64,000 nt of DNA from an uncultured virus (IMG/VR IMGVR_UViG_3300033153_010090) (Duplodnaviria > Heunggongvirae > Uroviricota > Caudoviricetes): IMG/VR virus record IMGVR_UViG_3300033153_010090, one strand, 5' to 3'. Positions 1 to 10,944 of this stretch are shown piece by piece. The translations under genes and the position numbers were made by a program. The notes under the pieces were generated by a model, which did no database searches, was not told the origin of the DNA, and saw only the letters and a list, made by a program, of their open reading frames with translations. Position 1 is the stretch's first letter. Every line of letters starts with the position of its first letter.

Positions 1-158
1 GTCACGAGGTTGGGCTTGACCTCACGCCAGACCCGCTCTCCAGTCCTGACATCGTAGGCCGCGACGTCGAACTCGCCCGTCCGCGGCTGCAAGCTGAATA
101 GCGGCCTGCCCTCTGCCCTGTGGATCTCCAAGACCTCGTCGATGGAGAGATTACGCAT
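1..158 (-). CDS. Partial virion/tail-region protein (runs off window)
   Basis: ATG at 158 overlaps the stop of the upstream gene; reads MRNLSIDEVLEIHRAEGRP...EVKPNLVT. Confidence 0.6.
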   Translation of the reverse strand, partial: MRNLSIDEVLEIHRAEGRPLFSLQPRTGEFDVAAYDVRTGERVWREVKPNLV

Positions 159-2761
159 CACCCTACTCCTATGATCCCAAAACCACCGATCAAGACGACG
201 GCCATGGACTCTGAACCCGCCAGGCCCTCGGCCGCATTGTCTGGGGTCTCTTCGTTTGTTTCCTTGGACGTCTCGTACCTGAAGCCCCTGAACACGTAAA
301 GCGCCTCGTCACCCGCCAGGCCCTCGGCCACATTGTCTGGGACGAAGAACTTGAGTGGCGGGAATGTCGTCGAGCCAAAAACGTACTGGCCCTCGCTGCC
401 GGCCAAAGACTCTGAGGCAAGGCTACTGTAATCAGGCAACCCCACCCGGTCGCTCGATGCGCCCTCCAACAACTCACCACCACGATCGTAGACCGGCCTG
501 ACAAAATATTGGGAACCAAGTATGTAGTCCGGGATCAGATATGTCGTAGGGTCGGTCGGGTCGGCGACCACGTACTTGATCAAGCTCGCCGTCCCATGCC
601 ACAGGGTGTAGAGATTGAAGCCCACCAGCTGATCGGCAGAGGGGTCCGTCGTCGGCCTGTAGATGTCAATGTCCAAAACGCCGTCTGGTGGCACGCCCTT
701 GACAATCGGGTCCTGCGGCCGGGCCGTGAGCCTGGTCTTGATGTAGACGCTCTCCGACCCACCCAGGGCCTCTGTGATCGTGCCGTTGATCGTGCTGTAC
801 TCCGGTAGAACCTCTGGCGCGTCGCCCGGGTCGGCGGCCGAGTAGAAGACGCGGCCGTTGTCGATCCAGTAGAGCAGATACTTACCCAGGGTCGGGTCGT
901 AGCCGTGGTCCCACTGCCTAGCTGGGATGACGGTGACCTCGCCGGTCAAAGGATCGCCTTTGCGCAAGACCAGATTACCCGAGCGCACGTAGCCGATCCA
1001 GACGTTGGCGGCCGTGGCCTCAGTGATCTTGGGGCCAGTGACATCGCTCGTCGTCGTGATCTGCTGGCTACTGACGCGGAACGTGTAGCTCCGGGCGTAG
1101 GAGGCCGTAGTCACGGACACGGTCACGTTGGCGTTGATGGTGAAGGGCGTGGGTGGCTCCAAGATCAGACGCTTGCCGTTGTCGTCGTCGATGTACGCCC
1201 CGCCCCAGCCGTTGCGGAACTTGGGCACGAGGCCGTCATCGTAGGCCAGGACTCCGCCGACGGTGACCGTCAACGGGTCCTCGAATTTGAAGTCCAGGGC
1301 CAGACTCTCGCCGGTGGACACCAGGTTCTCTTGGTCGACCGGGTACTCTGGGGCGATGTCCTCTGCCACTTCCACGGTCCTGAACCAGTAGCGGATTCGG
1401 GCGCGGTTGCCCGCGTAATCGTAGACGTCAGCGCGAATGTAGATTGGGGCGTCGACGCCCAGGTCCAATGTGTCGACTGTCACATTGTACTGTCGAATGC
1501 CCTCGACGCCGTCGGCGACCACGGACCCAGTGTATGGAGCCTGGAAACTACCGCCGGAATAGATGGTCTCGTACGCACGGTTTCCGTGCTTGTCGATCTC
1601 CAAAAGCAGAGTACTCTCATCAATGCCCGCGGTCTCATCCCAGAGCTCGAAGTAGAGCGCCGTCGTCGTCGACACACGTTGTCCCAGATCTGCCGGTATC
1701 TGCCCCTGGAATGCTGGGGCCACGACGTCCGTGGGCGTGTAGAACAGGTAGTGGGCGATTATATGCTGGCCGCCGTCGTTTGTCGTGAACACATAAATCG
1801 GCACTTCTGTGTTCCAGGGCAGTTGATAGTCAGCAGGACCCCACTCGATCAACACATGCAGACCTACGCCCGCAGATGGTGTGTAGGTGACCACAAAGTC
1901 GTTGCCGTTACCCGATGGCTCCGGGACGCCATTACGAATGATTATCTTCTCCTCGTCAGGGATCATGACGTTGACGTTCAGAGATACCGTTTGAACGACG
2001 TTGACCGCATCGTAAATCCAGAACTCCAACTTCGTATCCGCGCTCGGGCTCACCTCCGCCTGGCCTCGGTATGGATCTACGGGCCCCAATGTCATGGACG
2101 AGTTGAAATAAGCGGCCTCGGCAAAGTCGGCGACCGTTGGTATATCAGTGTGTAACGAAAACCATGTCTCAAAACTCTCGATGACTCCACTAAACCCGTA
2201 ACCCCCGCCGTACCTATTCCCGATGACGAAAGTAGCCTCGTCGTCAAAGCCGTTCACGATCATCGTCGCCGTATCCACGACCTGGCCGTCGACGATCAGC
2301 TCCAACTCATACCCGACCTTGCGCACAGCGCAGTCGTGTGTCACGCCGTCGGTGATAGCGAATCCGCTTGTAAGTGTTTGAGACTCCGCGCCGCCTCGCT
2401 CAAGAACGTAGAACGTCAACTGTCCGTCAGTGTCGATGTAGAAACGCCAGGAGGTTATCCACCCAGGCGTCTCTTTTGCGGCGATATAGTCGTCAGTGTA
2501 ACCCTGAGTACCATTACTGGTAACAACAGCACGAATTGCCCAATCTAGATATACCCAGGTGCCCAAAACCTCAGGAAAGCTCACGTCACCATTGCTGGTA
2601 AACGTGTGACCGTACCAGCGCAGTCCCGGAACACGTGCGCCGTCGGACAGCCCCTGCCTACCTGCCCAAGTGGGGTTGTTAAGATCTGGGACTGGTATGC
2701 CGCCCTGGACAGGAGGCCAAGCGTCCAATCTCCAGTTGTTGTAGCTGGCAGGCATGGTCAT
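158..2761 (-). CDS. Virion structural protein with N-terminal LamG/ConA-like domain, Ig-like repeats and C-terminal E(A/G/S)L(A/G)GxE repeats
   Basis: 867 aa; ITDGVTHDCAV...LIVDG...FVIG...FSGVIE is LamG-like; four E-x-L-x-G-x-E repeats near the C-terminus. Confidence 0.7.
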   Translation of the reverse strand: MTMPASYNNWRLDAWPPVQGGIPVPDLNNPTWAGRQGLSDGARVPGLRWYGHTFTSNGDVSFPEVLGTWVYLDWAIRAVVTSNGTQGYTDDYIAAKETPGWITSWRFYIDTDGQLTFYVLERGGAESQTLTSGFAITDGVTHDCAVRKVGYELELIVDGQVVDTATMIVNGFDDEATFVIGNRYGGGYGFSGVIESFETWFSLHTDIPTVADFAEAAYFNSSMTLGPVDPYRGQAEVSPSADTKLEFWIYDAVNVVQTVSLNVNVMIPDEEKIIIRNGVPEPSGNGNDFVVTYTPSAGVGLHVLIEWGPADYQLPWNTEVPIYVFTTNDGGQHIIAHYLFYTPTDVVAPAFQGQIPADLGQRVSTTTALYFELWDETAGIDESTLLLEIDKHGNRAYETIYSGGSFQAPYTGSVVADGVEGIRQYNVTVDTLDLGVDAPIYIRADVYDYAGNRARIRYWFRTVEVAEDIAPEYPVDQENLVSTGESLALDFKFEDPLTVTVGGVLAYDDGLVPKFRNGWGGAYIDDDNGKRLILEPPTPFTINANVTVSVTTASYARSYTFRVSSQQITTTSDVTGPKITEATAANVWIGYVRSGNLVLRKGDPLTGEVTVIPARQWDHGYDPTLGKYLLYWIDNGRVFYSAADPGDAPEVLPEYSTINGTITEALGGSESVYIKTRLTARPQDPIVKGVPPDGVLDIDIYRPTTDPSADQLVGFNLYTLWHGTASLIKYVVADPTDPTTYLIPDYILGSQYFVRPVYDRGGELLEGASSDRVGLPDYSSLASESLAGSEGQYVFGSTTFPPLKFFVPDNVAEGLAGDEALYVFRGFRYETSKETNEETPDNAAEGLAGSESMAVVLIGGFGIIGVG

Positions 2762-4743
2762 GGGATCAAGAACCTCCTGCCGTCAATCGACGCCTGTATC
2801 TGAGGATTGGGTCTGAGTTCCCTGTTAAAACGCAAGCTACAAACGGCCCCGTTGAGATCTCCGTCGGTTCCGGAACCAACCAAGATGTCTTCGGTGTTGG
2901 ACATCAGATCCAAATCCAGTTTAAATCCCCAAGCCTTCCTCTCCCTGAGTCTACCGTTGTAACTTAACTGAATAGTCTGCACGGCTGGGTTCCAGGTGAA
3001 CGCCACATGGGTCCACGCGTACCTCAAGATCGAAAAGGACGACTGGCCCAGACCGATTCCGTCGGAGTCTTTGACCTCCGCCACAATCGAGTCTGCGATG
3101 CTCACTCTCAAGGAGAACGTCAGATTAGTGCCGTCACCCTTCTCCACGATCGTGCCGGCGCCGCTGGCAACATACACCCAGGCCTCTATTGTCAACGGCT
3201 GCATTGGGTCGTCGAAGTCCGCATGGTGGGGAATGGTGAGAAGCGGCCCCGGAGATGCCGAGCGCCCTAGCACCTTACCGCTGATCGGCCCCGCATAAAC
3301 CACCCCGTTGGCCACAGCTGGATGGTTTCCAGCGTCGTCATCTCCAGCTCCGGCTCCGTCGAAGTTGTAACAAGCTATGGTTCGTTCAGTGGGTTGCAGC
3401 CCGTCCTGCGGGTCGCTGATAGCGCTGAGTAGATTCACGACATGTGTGGCCGGGTGGTCGCTGACGCACAGATCCGCAATCTGCCCATCAAAGAACTCGG
3501 TGTCACGACCACTGCCGCCGGCTGCGAAGAAGTTGCCGACGGTGAACATCATCTCCGACAGATTCAAGTATCCAGGGTCTGGCGCCGTGTCCCGGCCCAC
3601 GAGCATACCGTCGAGGTACAGTAGCCGAGACCCGTTGGCGCCAAGGTAGCAAGCGACATGGAACCAATCAACAGTGTTGAGGACCCCGGTGGCCGTGTAG
3701 GACAGATAGGTAAAGGTGCCGTCTCCAGAGCCGATACGCAGTACGAGGTCACCACCACTCTCAACAACCTCGAAGATGAACCCATAATCGCCAGTATAGG
3801 CATAGTAGGTAGCACAGATCGGGTACTGGCCCCCCGACGAAGGGAGGGAGCTGAGCTTTACCCAGGCGCTAATGAACGGCTGCTCGTTATCGATCGGCTG
3901 ATACGTTTCCAAGAACTCACTGTTGGACCTGTCAAAGTCTCGGGCGTAGTCGAACGCCTGGCCCGAAGCCACGGTGGGTGTGCCCCCACCTTTGTCCGCG
4001 AGATCAGCCTCGGTACCAGAGCCAGTGTTCCAGAGCTCGGCCACGCGCGCCGTGTCCAGGGTCCCGTGGTAGAAGATCCGGACGTCGTCGAGCCCACCCT
4101 TGAAATAACGAGCCTCTCCCAGCTGGTCGAGACCCATTCTAAACCCATCGACGGCCAGGTTCAGGCTCACAGTCACGGTCCTGACGGCGACGTTATCGAT
4201 GTAGATGATCAAGGTCGCGCCGTCGTAGGTCACGGCCACATGGTACCAGTTGCTGTGCGGGTAGGTGCCGACACCAGAGTGCCAACTGTCCCCCACCCAG
4301 GCACCCTCGAACTGCTCGTTGTCGCCATCGTAGTACAGGTAGTGACCAGCGCTGGCGCCACCAAACGCCATAACGCACCGGCCCCATCCGCTAATGACGG
4401 CATTGCTGGCGTCCGCATAGACCCAGGCGCTCCAAGACCAAGCGGCCCGGCCATCAAGGCTCAGCGAGCCTCCGTTGAGGTCGACGTAGTCGTCGATGCC
4501 GTCCAAAAACAGAGCCTGGTTGAGCTTGCCCGCTGCGTAGGTGCCGGTGCCCCCGTGGATGGTGCCGTCGGGTCCTCGGGACGAGTTGACCAAGTCTCCG
4601 TTCATATCCCAGTGAATGTAGGGGTCGAATGGCTCGTGGAGATGGTAGCCGCGCGGCCCGCGGTCCAAGGCTGTGCCTTCCGCGGATTCATCCATCCGCC
4701 AGACACTGCCCTCAACTCCCATCAAGTTGACACGTCGCGCCAT
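2758..4743 (-). CDS. Multi-LamG (concanavalin A-like) tail fibre/receptor-binding protein
   Basis: Three LamG signatures (WYHVAVTYDG..IYIDN, WFHVAC..LYLDG, WTHVAFTW); FKGGLDDVRIF. Confidence 0.85.
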   Translation of the reverse strand: MARRVNLMGVEGSVWRMDESAEGTALDRGPRGYHLHEPFDPYIHWDMNGDLVNSSRGPDGTIHGGTGTYAAGKLNQALFLDGIDDYVDLNGGSLSLDGRAAWSWSAWVYADASNAVISGWGRCVMAFGGASAGHYLYYDGDNEQFEGAWVGDSWHSGVGTYPHSNWYHVAVTYDGATLIIYIDNVAVRTVTVSLNLAVDGFRMGLDQLGEARYFKGGLDDVRIFYHGTLDTARVAELWNTGSGTEADLADKGGGTPTVASGQAFDYARDFDRSNSEFLETYQPIDNEQPFISAWVKLSSLPSSGGQYPICATYYAYTGDYGFIFEVVESGGDLVLRIGSGDGTFTYLSYTATGVLNTVDWFHVACYLGANGSRLLYLDGMLVGRDTAPDPGYLNLSEMMFTVGNFFAAGGSGRDTEFFDGQIADLCVSDHPATHVVNLLSAISDPQDGLQPTERTIACYNFDGAGAGDDDAGNHPAVANGVVYAGPISGKVLGRSASPGPLLTIPHHADFDDPMQPLTIEAWVYVASGAGTIVEKGDGTNLTFSLRVSIADSIVAEVKDSDGIGLGQSSFSILRYAWTHVAFTWNPAVQTIQLSYNGRLRERKAWGFKLDLDLMSNTEDILVGSGTDGDLNGAVCSLRFNRELRPNPQIQASIDGRRFLIP

Positions 4744-4762
4744 TGAAGAGCTCCATCTACCT

Positions 4763-4778
4763 TGCTAGCATCCTACCA
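4763..4778. promoter_or_regulatory. Overlapping divergent extended -10 promoters (TGnTAnnnT on both strands)
   Basis: Plus-strand TGCTAGCAT 4763-4771 ends 7 nt before ATG 4778 (leaderless); minus-strand TGGTAGGAT 4778-4770 lies upstream of the 4743 gene. Confidence 0.5.
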
Positions 4779-5095
4779 TGAGCCTAAAGTTCATGGACCC
4801 TGAGGAAATCCGAGCCATCATTGCCGATGAGCCCGATGTTCTCACACCTCTTGCAAAAGAAGAAACCGAGCGTTTCGACAATCTCCCATGCCCTGCGTGT
4901 GGAAACCGGGGTGCGACTCGAGTGGTTGAAGACGTCCGAATGATCGAAGGCAGCCACGGTCCACATCTGGTACTTCCCTTCGACGGCCAACCACTAGCGA
5001 AATGCTACGCCATCTGCAACGCGTGCGACACAGAGTTCGACCCTCAAACTGGTCTCATCCGGCGCTCCACCGCCCCATTCATGACTCACGAGTGA
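4778..5095 (+). CDS. Small zinc-ribbon protein
   Basis: CPAC...CNAC; lone plus-strand gene filling an intergenic gap. Confidence 0.7.
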   Translation: MSLKFMDPEEIRAIIADEPDVLTPLAKEETERFDNLPCPACGNRGATRVVEDVRMIEGSHGPHLVLPFDGQPLAKCYAICNACDTEFDPQTGLIRRSTAPFMTHE

Positions 5096-8000
5096 TGTTC
5101 AGCCCCTCCCCGATCTTCGCGAAGAAGCTCGAGATCCGCCCAGTCCCATTGTACGCCACGTCCGTCCCGCCCAGGGCGTTGTAGGACCGATCCACGATGA
5201 GGTTTCGGTCCAGATCATGTGTGACCGTCACCAGCTCAATCGGGTGGTCAATGGAATGGGCCCCTCGCCGCTGAATGAACCGTTCCACATCAGACACTTC
5301 CAGCTCGTCAAGGGCCCCCAGCTGGTTGATGTAGTCCTCGATCTCCTGCCCCACGATGCTCTGGGCAGAGCCCCCTCGGTAGACCATCGTGGCATGGACG
5401 TACGATGGGAGTACGTGCCGCGCGATGGGGTTGGCGTTGACCGGCCGCTCGGTATCCGACCGCATGAGGTCGTTGATGGCCCGAACTGTGGAAGAAACCT
5501 CCGCTGTAATCTGAAGGTTCCTGGCTGTGATCTCCGTGAGATTCTCTGGCAAGTCCGAATTGCCCGCGGGCAAAAAGCGCCGGTCGAACTTGAGGCTCAC
5601 CTCTTCGTAGGGGGAGAAGGTGAGGGTGTTGTTCTCGACCTCGTAGGTGTACCCGTCAGCCGCCAGACCGCTGGTGACCTCCAGCCTTTCATCCTTCTCG
5701 ATGTTCAATGCGTCACCACCACCCAGGGACTCCACCTGTGCGTCCACGTAGTAGAGCGCTCCGTCAAAGTTGTCCTCCATCTCGGTAGAGGAGACGCGGA
5801 GCACACCCGGGCGCCGAATGCGGAATGGAATGTTCGTCCCAAACAGCACATGCCCGTCAACCGTGATGAGGCGGCGTGATCCGAACGGCCCACCCCAGAT
5901 TCGGTAGTAGACGTTGGTATCCACGGACTCAAACGGTGCGTTGTGGTGAACCTCCAAGGAGGTCGTCCCAATGACCGTCGAGGCGTGGTAGACGCCCATC
6001 TGGTCGGGGTTGTAGGGGTCTCCACTGTGCACGATCTCCACCATGTCACCAGGGCTCACTCCGCTGAAGCTCACCGCAGTATCCACAAGCAGCGCCGCTT
6101 TCCCGCTGACAAGCTGAATCTCGGCTGGGCCTCCGCTGATGACCTCCGGCTCCACCGTAGCCACCTGGAGGATGGGCAGCTCAGTTGGCACCGACTTGTA
6201 GATGGAGAACGGCTGGAAGACGTTGGTGTTCCCCGCCGTGCGGAGCCACCTGAATCCATCCGCGATACCGATGATGCCGGAGCCTCCGGCCTCCGGATGG
6301 TCCGTAAGCTCGAGGTATGAGATCTGCACGGAGTCAATGGCGAAGGTGCCGCCGAAGGACTGGAAGTCCGGATTCCTGACCTCGAAGATGGTGATGTACT
6401 GACCCGCAGCTGCGCCAGTCGACGGATTGTCGGTCACGTCACTGAGCTGAATCGGGTCGGACGCGTCCAGCTCTCCATCTCCGGGGGTGGAGTTATCCTG
6501 AGCCAGCCAAGCCTGGGTAGTCGAAGCCATGACAGAACTCAACCGCAGCTGCTTCGGAGTCACCACCTCCGTAATGGTGTAGCGCCCCTCGTCTGGCCCA
6601 TTGTCGATGTAGAGCAGCTGGCCCACGATGGGCCCGTCGTTCGCGGAGTCATTCATCTCCTCAAAATCAATGGCGGAGCACTCCGGGATCTCCACAACGT
6701 TCGACCCGGCCACAGTCTTGAGCCCGGTCGCATTGAACAGCTCACCGTACCCGAGGACCGCGGACCCGTTGTCCCGGAAAGGAATTGGCTCGAATACCTC
6801 CATGACGTCCCCGGCCTGGAGCTCCAAGTCAAACGCGTCAGGGGTGTTGGGGCCGACCAACTCGAGCACTGTCTCGTAGTCGGAGCCTGCGTACTGGGAA
6901 TGGATGACACGCAAGTCTCGAGGGTCGTCATCTCCTGACCCACCGGCCGGCAACACGAGATGACCGTCGTGGGCAGAGAACCGGAAGTCCTGATAGGAGT
7001 CCGTCGCGACCTGGTGGCGCAGCCTACCGCCCAGTGGCCCAGTCTGAAGAGTGATCGTGGTGGGTTCCAGGAAGTACATGCGGACCCACCCAACAGACGC
7101 ACCACCAACGGTGTAATGAACACCGGCCGGGGCCGTAACAACTGTCCAGAGGTCCTTACCACCACTTGCCGCGGGGCGAAGGCCAAGGCTGTTCGTTGCG
7201 ACTGAAGTGACCTCGTACTCACCAGCGTTGCTGTCGTCCAGGATGGTCAGCCGGTCACCGGCCTGAACACCCTCTGCGACGAAATCAACCTCTACATCAG
7301 TGAGAGTAGACGGGAGAGTTGTCTGCCCCGTGTAACTTTCGGCCAGATCCCCCCGCCCTTGGTTGGAGAAGACGCCGCGAGCTCGAGCGTCAATGTAGTC
7401 ACCGAACGGGATGGAGATACCGGTCTCTTGCGAGGAAGAATCCAGCAGTTGCACATCCTTCACACGAACCAAGGGTCGGTCGAGAGCTGTGAACTCTGTG
7501 TAGATGGAGAAGCCTGAGTCGAAGGTAGTCGCTGGAGTCTCTGGCGTCACCTTGAGGCTGTCCGCGTACACCTCCTGGATGGTGTAGGACCTAGCGCTAT
7601 CACCCGTGAGGATCTCGAGGGTGTCGTTCACAGTCACGCCCGCGAGCTCGAAGTCGGTGTCCCCTCCGCCGGTGAGAGTAACTATCTGGGACCCAGCGGT
7701 AGTCACGAGGTCAGAGCCGGTGAAGATAGCCCCCTGGGGAATCTTGGTGGTGCGGGGCTCAATGAGGTTGATGTTGAGCTCATCCGCAATCCGGTAACGG
7801 TGGCCGCTCCCATTCCCCGACCCAGACGTATGAACCGTCCTGGTCAAGTCCTGGCTTAGAAGGAGTGCGTCGTTGGTATCGATCATCGTCAGCAAGCGAC
7901 GAATCGTGTAGATACCCGCATCGTCGCCCGCCTCAATGATCAGCGAGTCACCAATCTCCACGCCCAACGTGTCGAAGTTCACCCCCGCCGGAGCACGGCT

Positions 8001-9887
8001 CGCGTCTCGGTCCCGCACAACCGGTGCCATTGACACCTTCTCGCGGACGCGCAGTGTGTCGAAGTCACCCGTGCCACCGACGTTCGAGTCGGTCTGCCCT
8101 AAGCTAACAGCTGGGTTTACTGGCGGCCCTATGGGATCTACCGGAAGCTCCACATTCAACCCGCTGACAGTTACCACCCACCCTTTAACTGTCTGGGCTC
8201 CGAAGTTCTTGGACTGGAACTCGTAGCTGCCATACCCGCGGTAGGCCGTAATCTCGAATGTCCCTCTCGGGATGCTTGAGCTCTTCCCAGCCTTCTTGTC
8301 GAACTGGACAAAGCGCCCAACGTCCTCTGCCGACGGAACCCAGATCATCTCGGGCTTGCCAGTAACCGGTGGTGAGTTCCAATCCCAGTCCGGACTATCC
8401 TTGGGAATCAGAATGTCGAGCTCACCTAGCTCAAAGTCCCCGGGGGAAGCGACGCCGCCGGAGATGACAGCTTCGGTCATCCGGCCTGTGATGTTGATGA
8501 ACCGCTTTGCTCCAGGGTTGTCGTAGCTCTCCGCGAACGACTCGAGGTCGATGCCGAAATGCAAAGGCTCAGCGTCCCGAATGGACTCCACTGTAGTCGA
8601 CCGCTGCTGGGGGAACCCAGCGCGCACAAACACATCCAGCGCCCCGCCAATGTGAACCTCCCCGTCCACAACGGTGATGGTCCCCTCACTCGTCTCCGGG
8701 TCAACAATGCCGCCAGGGATATCTGAGAGGGTGATAGGTCCACCAGCCCTGCTGAAACTCCCGTAGCCAACCACGTAAGCGTCCGGGACTGGAGACACCT
8801 TGAACAGGTTCACCCCCTCGATGCTTGTGACCGTGTACTCCGTGGAGCCAAGGTTGTTGAGAAGAATCAGCTTGTCACCAACCTGCCCATAGTCACCGTA
8901 GTCTGCTGTCCCAACGTCGACGGCCTTAAAGCTCGTGGCTTGAAGGATGTCGGGATACGAACCAAAATTCGGGTGGTTCACGGTCTGGGCGATACCGTAC
9001 ACGAAGTCCGAGCCACCTGTGATGATGTCCCGCTCCATCTCAATGTCGCCGAAGCCGACGACCTGCACGGAGCGCACGTTCTGGAAGACGTCCAAGAGAC
9101 GAGCGTGGACACCACGAGCTGTGACCAGGGAGCGCTCGGAGAGACTGTTCTCCACCCGCTCAACGAACTCCTCGGTCGACTCCTTGTCCGCACCCTCCTC
9201 GAACGCAGACTTGTTCACCACCTTGACGACTTGAGACAAACCCTCGATGCCCACAAGCCCATCATCAATGTTGATATCGTAATCAGAGCCCACGCTCTCC
9301 GCACGTACCACTGTGTCGAAGTAGTAGAGCCCACCCTCGACATTCAGCTGCATATTGGTGGAGGTGATGGCCTGATTCTCCACGGGGAAGAACCGAAGAC
9401 CGCCAGCGGTGAAGACTGGGTTCGCGGGGGCCACGATGACCTGCTGCGGAGCAGAGAAGTAGAGCCGAGCCACACCCACAGAGAACCCACCAAGACGGCG
9501 GCGCACGAAGAAGTTGGCGGCCAGCTTGTCAGCCTCGTCCTCATTCAGCTCATCCGGAGCCTGAAGCGATTGGTTCTTGCTGACGAGGGCGATCTGTCGG
9601 CGGAACGGCTCGAGAAGCACCCGGTTGATCTTGACGGCGTAGTCGTCCAGCGCATCGTTGTCCTGCATGAGCAGGTCTGGGAACTGGGACCGCAGCCGCT
9701 CCTTGATGAAGGTGGCAATCGGGGTGTCGTACGGGTCAGGGGCCAAGCGCTCGATGGTTGGAGTGATGACCTCCATCTCCGCAGGCGACCCAGCCGATAC
9801 GTCCAAGCTCGGGTCCATCCGGAGCAGCGCTTCCTTCAAGAACGTCCGGAGGTTTTCCAGCTCGTTGAAGGTGGTGGTGTCGGACAT
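5079..9887 (-). CDS. Giant baseplate J-like wedge protein with large beta-rich insertion
   Basis: 1602 aa; N-terminal baseplate-J features (VRAESVGSDY, GADKESTEEF..R) and C-terminal IEDYINQL..LEVSDV. Confidence 0.75.
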   Translation of the reverse strand: MSDTTTFNELENLRTFLKEALLRMDPSLDVSAGSPAEMEVITPTIERLAPDPYDTPIATFIKERLRSQFPDLLMQDNDALDDYAVKINRVLLEPFRRQIALVSKNQSLQAPDELNEDEADKLAANFFVRRRLGGFSVGVARLYFSAPQQVIVAPANPVFTAGGLRFFPVENQAITSTNMQLNVEGGLYYFDTVVRAESVGSDYDINIDDGLVGIEGLSQVVKVVNKSAFEEGADKESTEEFVERVENSLSERSLVTARGVHARLLDVFQNVRSVQVVGFGDIEMERDIITGGSDFVYGIAQTVNHPNFGSYPDILQATSFKAVDVGTADYGDYGQVGDKLILLNNLGSTEYTVTSIEGVNLFKVSPVPDAYVVGYGSFSRAGGPITLSDIPGGIVDPETSEGTITVVDGEVHIGGALDVFVRAGFPQQRSTTVESIRDAEPLHFGIDLESFAESYDNPGAKRFINITGRMTEAVISGGVASPGDFELGELDILIPKDSPDWDWNSPPVTGKPEMIWVPSAEDVGRFVQFDKKAGKSSSIPRGTFEITAYRGYGSYEFQSKNFGAQTVKGWVVTVSGLNVELPVDPIGPPVNPAVSLGQTDSNVGGTGDFDTLRVREKVSMAPVVRDRDASRAPAGVNFDTLGVEIGDSLIIEAGDDAGIYTIRRLLTMIDTNDALLLSQDLTRTVHTSGSGNGSGHRYRIADELNINLIEPRTTKIPQGAIFTGSDLVTTAGSQIVTLTGGGDTDFELAGVTVNDTLEILTGDSARSYTIQEVYADSLKVTPETPATTFDSGFSIYTEFTALDRPLVRVKDVQLLDSSSQETGISIPFGDYIDARARGVFSNQGRGDLAESYTGQTTLPSTLTDVEVDFVAEGVQAGDRLTILDDSNAGEYEVTSVATNSLGLRPAASGGKDLWTVVTAPAGVHYTVGGASVGWVRMYFLEPTTITLQTGPLGGRLRHQVATDSYQDFRFSAHDGHLVLPAGGSGDDDPRDLRVIHSQYAGSDYETVLELVGPNTPDAFDLELQAGDVMEVFEPIPFRDNGSAVLGYGELFNATGLKTVAGSNVVEIPECSAIDFEEMNDSANDGPIVGQLLYIDNGPDEGRYTITEVVTPKQLRLSSVMASTTQAWLAQDNSTPGDGELDASDPIQLSDVTDNPSTGAAAGQYITIFEVRNPDFQSFGGTFAIDSVQISYLELTDHPEAGGSGIIGIADGFRWLRTAGNTNVFQPFSIYKSVPTELPILQVATVEPEVISGGPAEIQLVSGKAALLVDTAVSFSGVSPGDMVEIVHSGDPYNPDQMGVYHASTVIGTTSLEVHHNAPFESVDTNVYYRIWGGPFGSRRLITVDGHVLFGTNIPFRIRRPGVLRVSSTEMEDNFDGALYYVDAQVESLGGGDALNIEKDERLEVTSGLAADGYTYEVENNTLTFSPYEEVSLKFDRRFLPAGNSDLPENLTEITARNLQITAEVSSTVRAINDLMRSDTERPVNANPIARHVLPSYVHATMVYRGGSAQSIVGQEIEDYINQLGALDELEVSDVERFIQRRGAHSIDHPIELVTVTHDLDRNLIVDRSYNALGGTDVAYNGTGRISSFFAKIGEGLNITRES
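5560..5573. repeat. Dispersed 14-bp palindrome, copy 1 (TTGCCCGCGGGCAA), intragenic
   Basis: Perfect palindrome matching TTGMCCGCGGKCAA. Confidence 0.75.
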
Positions 9888-9896
9888 GTCTGTCTC

Positions 9897-10556
9897 CTAC
9901 AGGACGAGCGAATTGACGGCCGTGTCGCCGGAGGTAGAGGTGATCAGGACGCGCACGTAGGCCGCTGACTGATAGGGATTGATGTTCACGTCCACCAGGC
10001 TCCCGTCCAGTAGCCGCTGGTCCGCTGGTATCTGGGAGGCCTGTGTCTGGCTCACCTGGATCTGCTGCGTGGTCGTCTGCACCGCCCTCGTGACGGAGGT
10101 GAGAAGGTGGTCAGTCTGGTTCAAAGAGATCAGTTGCCCAATGAGCCCAAGGAGGCCACCGCCGCGGTTGGGGTTGAAGATGTCGCTGCCGGGAGTCTGC
10201 AACAGCCACTTGGTGTAGAGCTGCACCAACGCCATGACCCCCGACACCACCTTCGGCTGCTCTCCCACAGCGAACGTCACCTTCGAGGCAGTCTTGGTCT
10301 TGGTGAAGTTCGAACTGATGACCTCTACCGTACGGAGTGTGTTGGGGTCCACGTTGCTCGGAACCACAACCAGCATCTGGGTGCGGTTGACGATCGTGTA
10401 CTGAAGAACCTCAGCCTCATTGATGAACACCTTCTCAACGGAACTGAAGTCCTCCCCACGAACCTCGATGGTGGGCTCATCAGCACCTGCCACGAAGCGT
10501 GGGATGTCCCGGATCTCGATGAGGTCTCGGTACTTGATTATCTCAAGTTGGCTCAT
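9897..10556 (-). CDS. Baseplate wedge subunit (IPT/TIG-like + gp25-like)
   Basis: IEVRGEDFS..KVFIN; WLLQTPGSDIFNPNRGGGL is gp25/GPW-like; adjacent to baseplate J. Confidence 0.65.
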   Translation of the reverse strand: MSQLEIIKYRDLIEIRDIPRFVAGADEPTIEVRGEDFSSVEKVFINEAEVLQYTIVNRTQMLVVVPSNVDPNTLRTVEVISSNFTKTKTASKVTFAVGEQPKVVSGVMALVQLYTKWLLQTPGSDIFNPNRGGGLLGLIGQLISLNQTDHLLTSVTRAVQTTTQQIQVSQTQASQIPADQRLLDGSLVDVNINPYQSAAYVRVLITSTSGDTAVNSLVL

Positions 10557-10944
10557 CGTCTCCCTCGTAGTCTTCCACTTCCGGAATGAACTTCTTGGCG
10601 CTCTCTGTCGCGGCCTCGATCTCGTTTTTCAGCGCCAGGAGACGGTCCATCTTGGTGGGATTGGTCATCTCTGTCCCGCTGACAAACACGCCGGTGGTCT
10701 GGTAGTCCGAAACCTCTGGTGTGCTCTCGCTACTGGACCCGTCCTCCTCCACAACAGGGATCGCGTATGGATTATACTTCGCTTTGTCCGAAGCCTCGGA
10801 CGACCCATTCCTGGCGAGCTGCTCAGCCATCAGGTCCTCGAGCGAGACCTGAGCCAGGTTCGCCGTAGCCTCATAGGCCCGGACAAACGCAAAGGCGTCG
10901 TTGAGGATGGCCCTGAGGCGTTTGTTCTCAGCCTTCTCAGCCAT
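10543..10944 (-). CDS. Hypothetical protein
   Basis: 133 aa, coupled within the operon. Confidence 0.7.
   Translation of the reverse strand: MAEKAENKRLRAILNDAFAFVRAYEATANLAQVSLEDLMAEQLARNGSSEASDKAKYNPYAIPVVEEDGSSSESTPEVSDYQTTGVFVSGTEMTNPTKMDRLLALKNEIEAATESAKKFIPEVEDYEGDDEPT

Noticed and set aside
218..341. Direct repeat of about 27 bp near the window start
   Set aside because: Encodes the PDNxAEGLAG protein repeat; not a separate element
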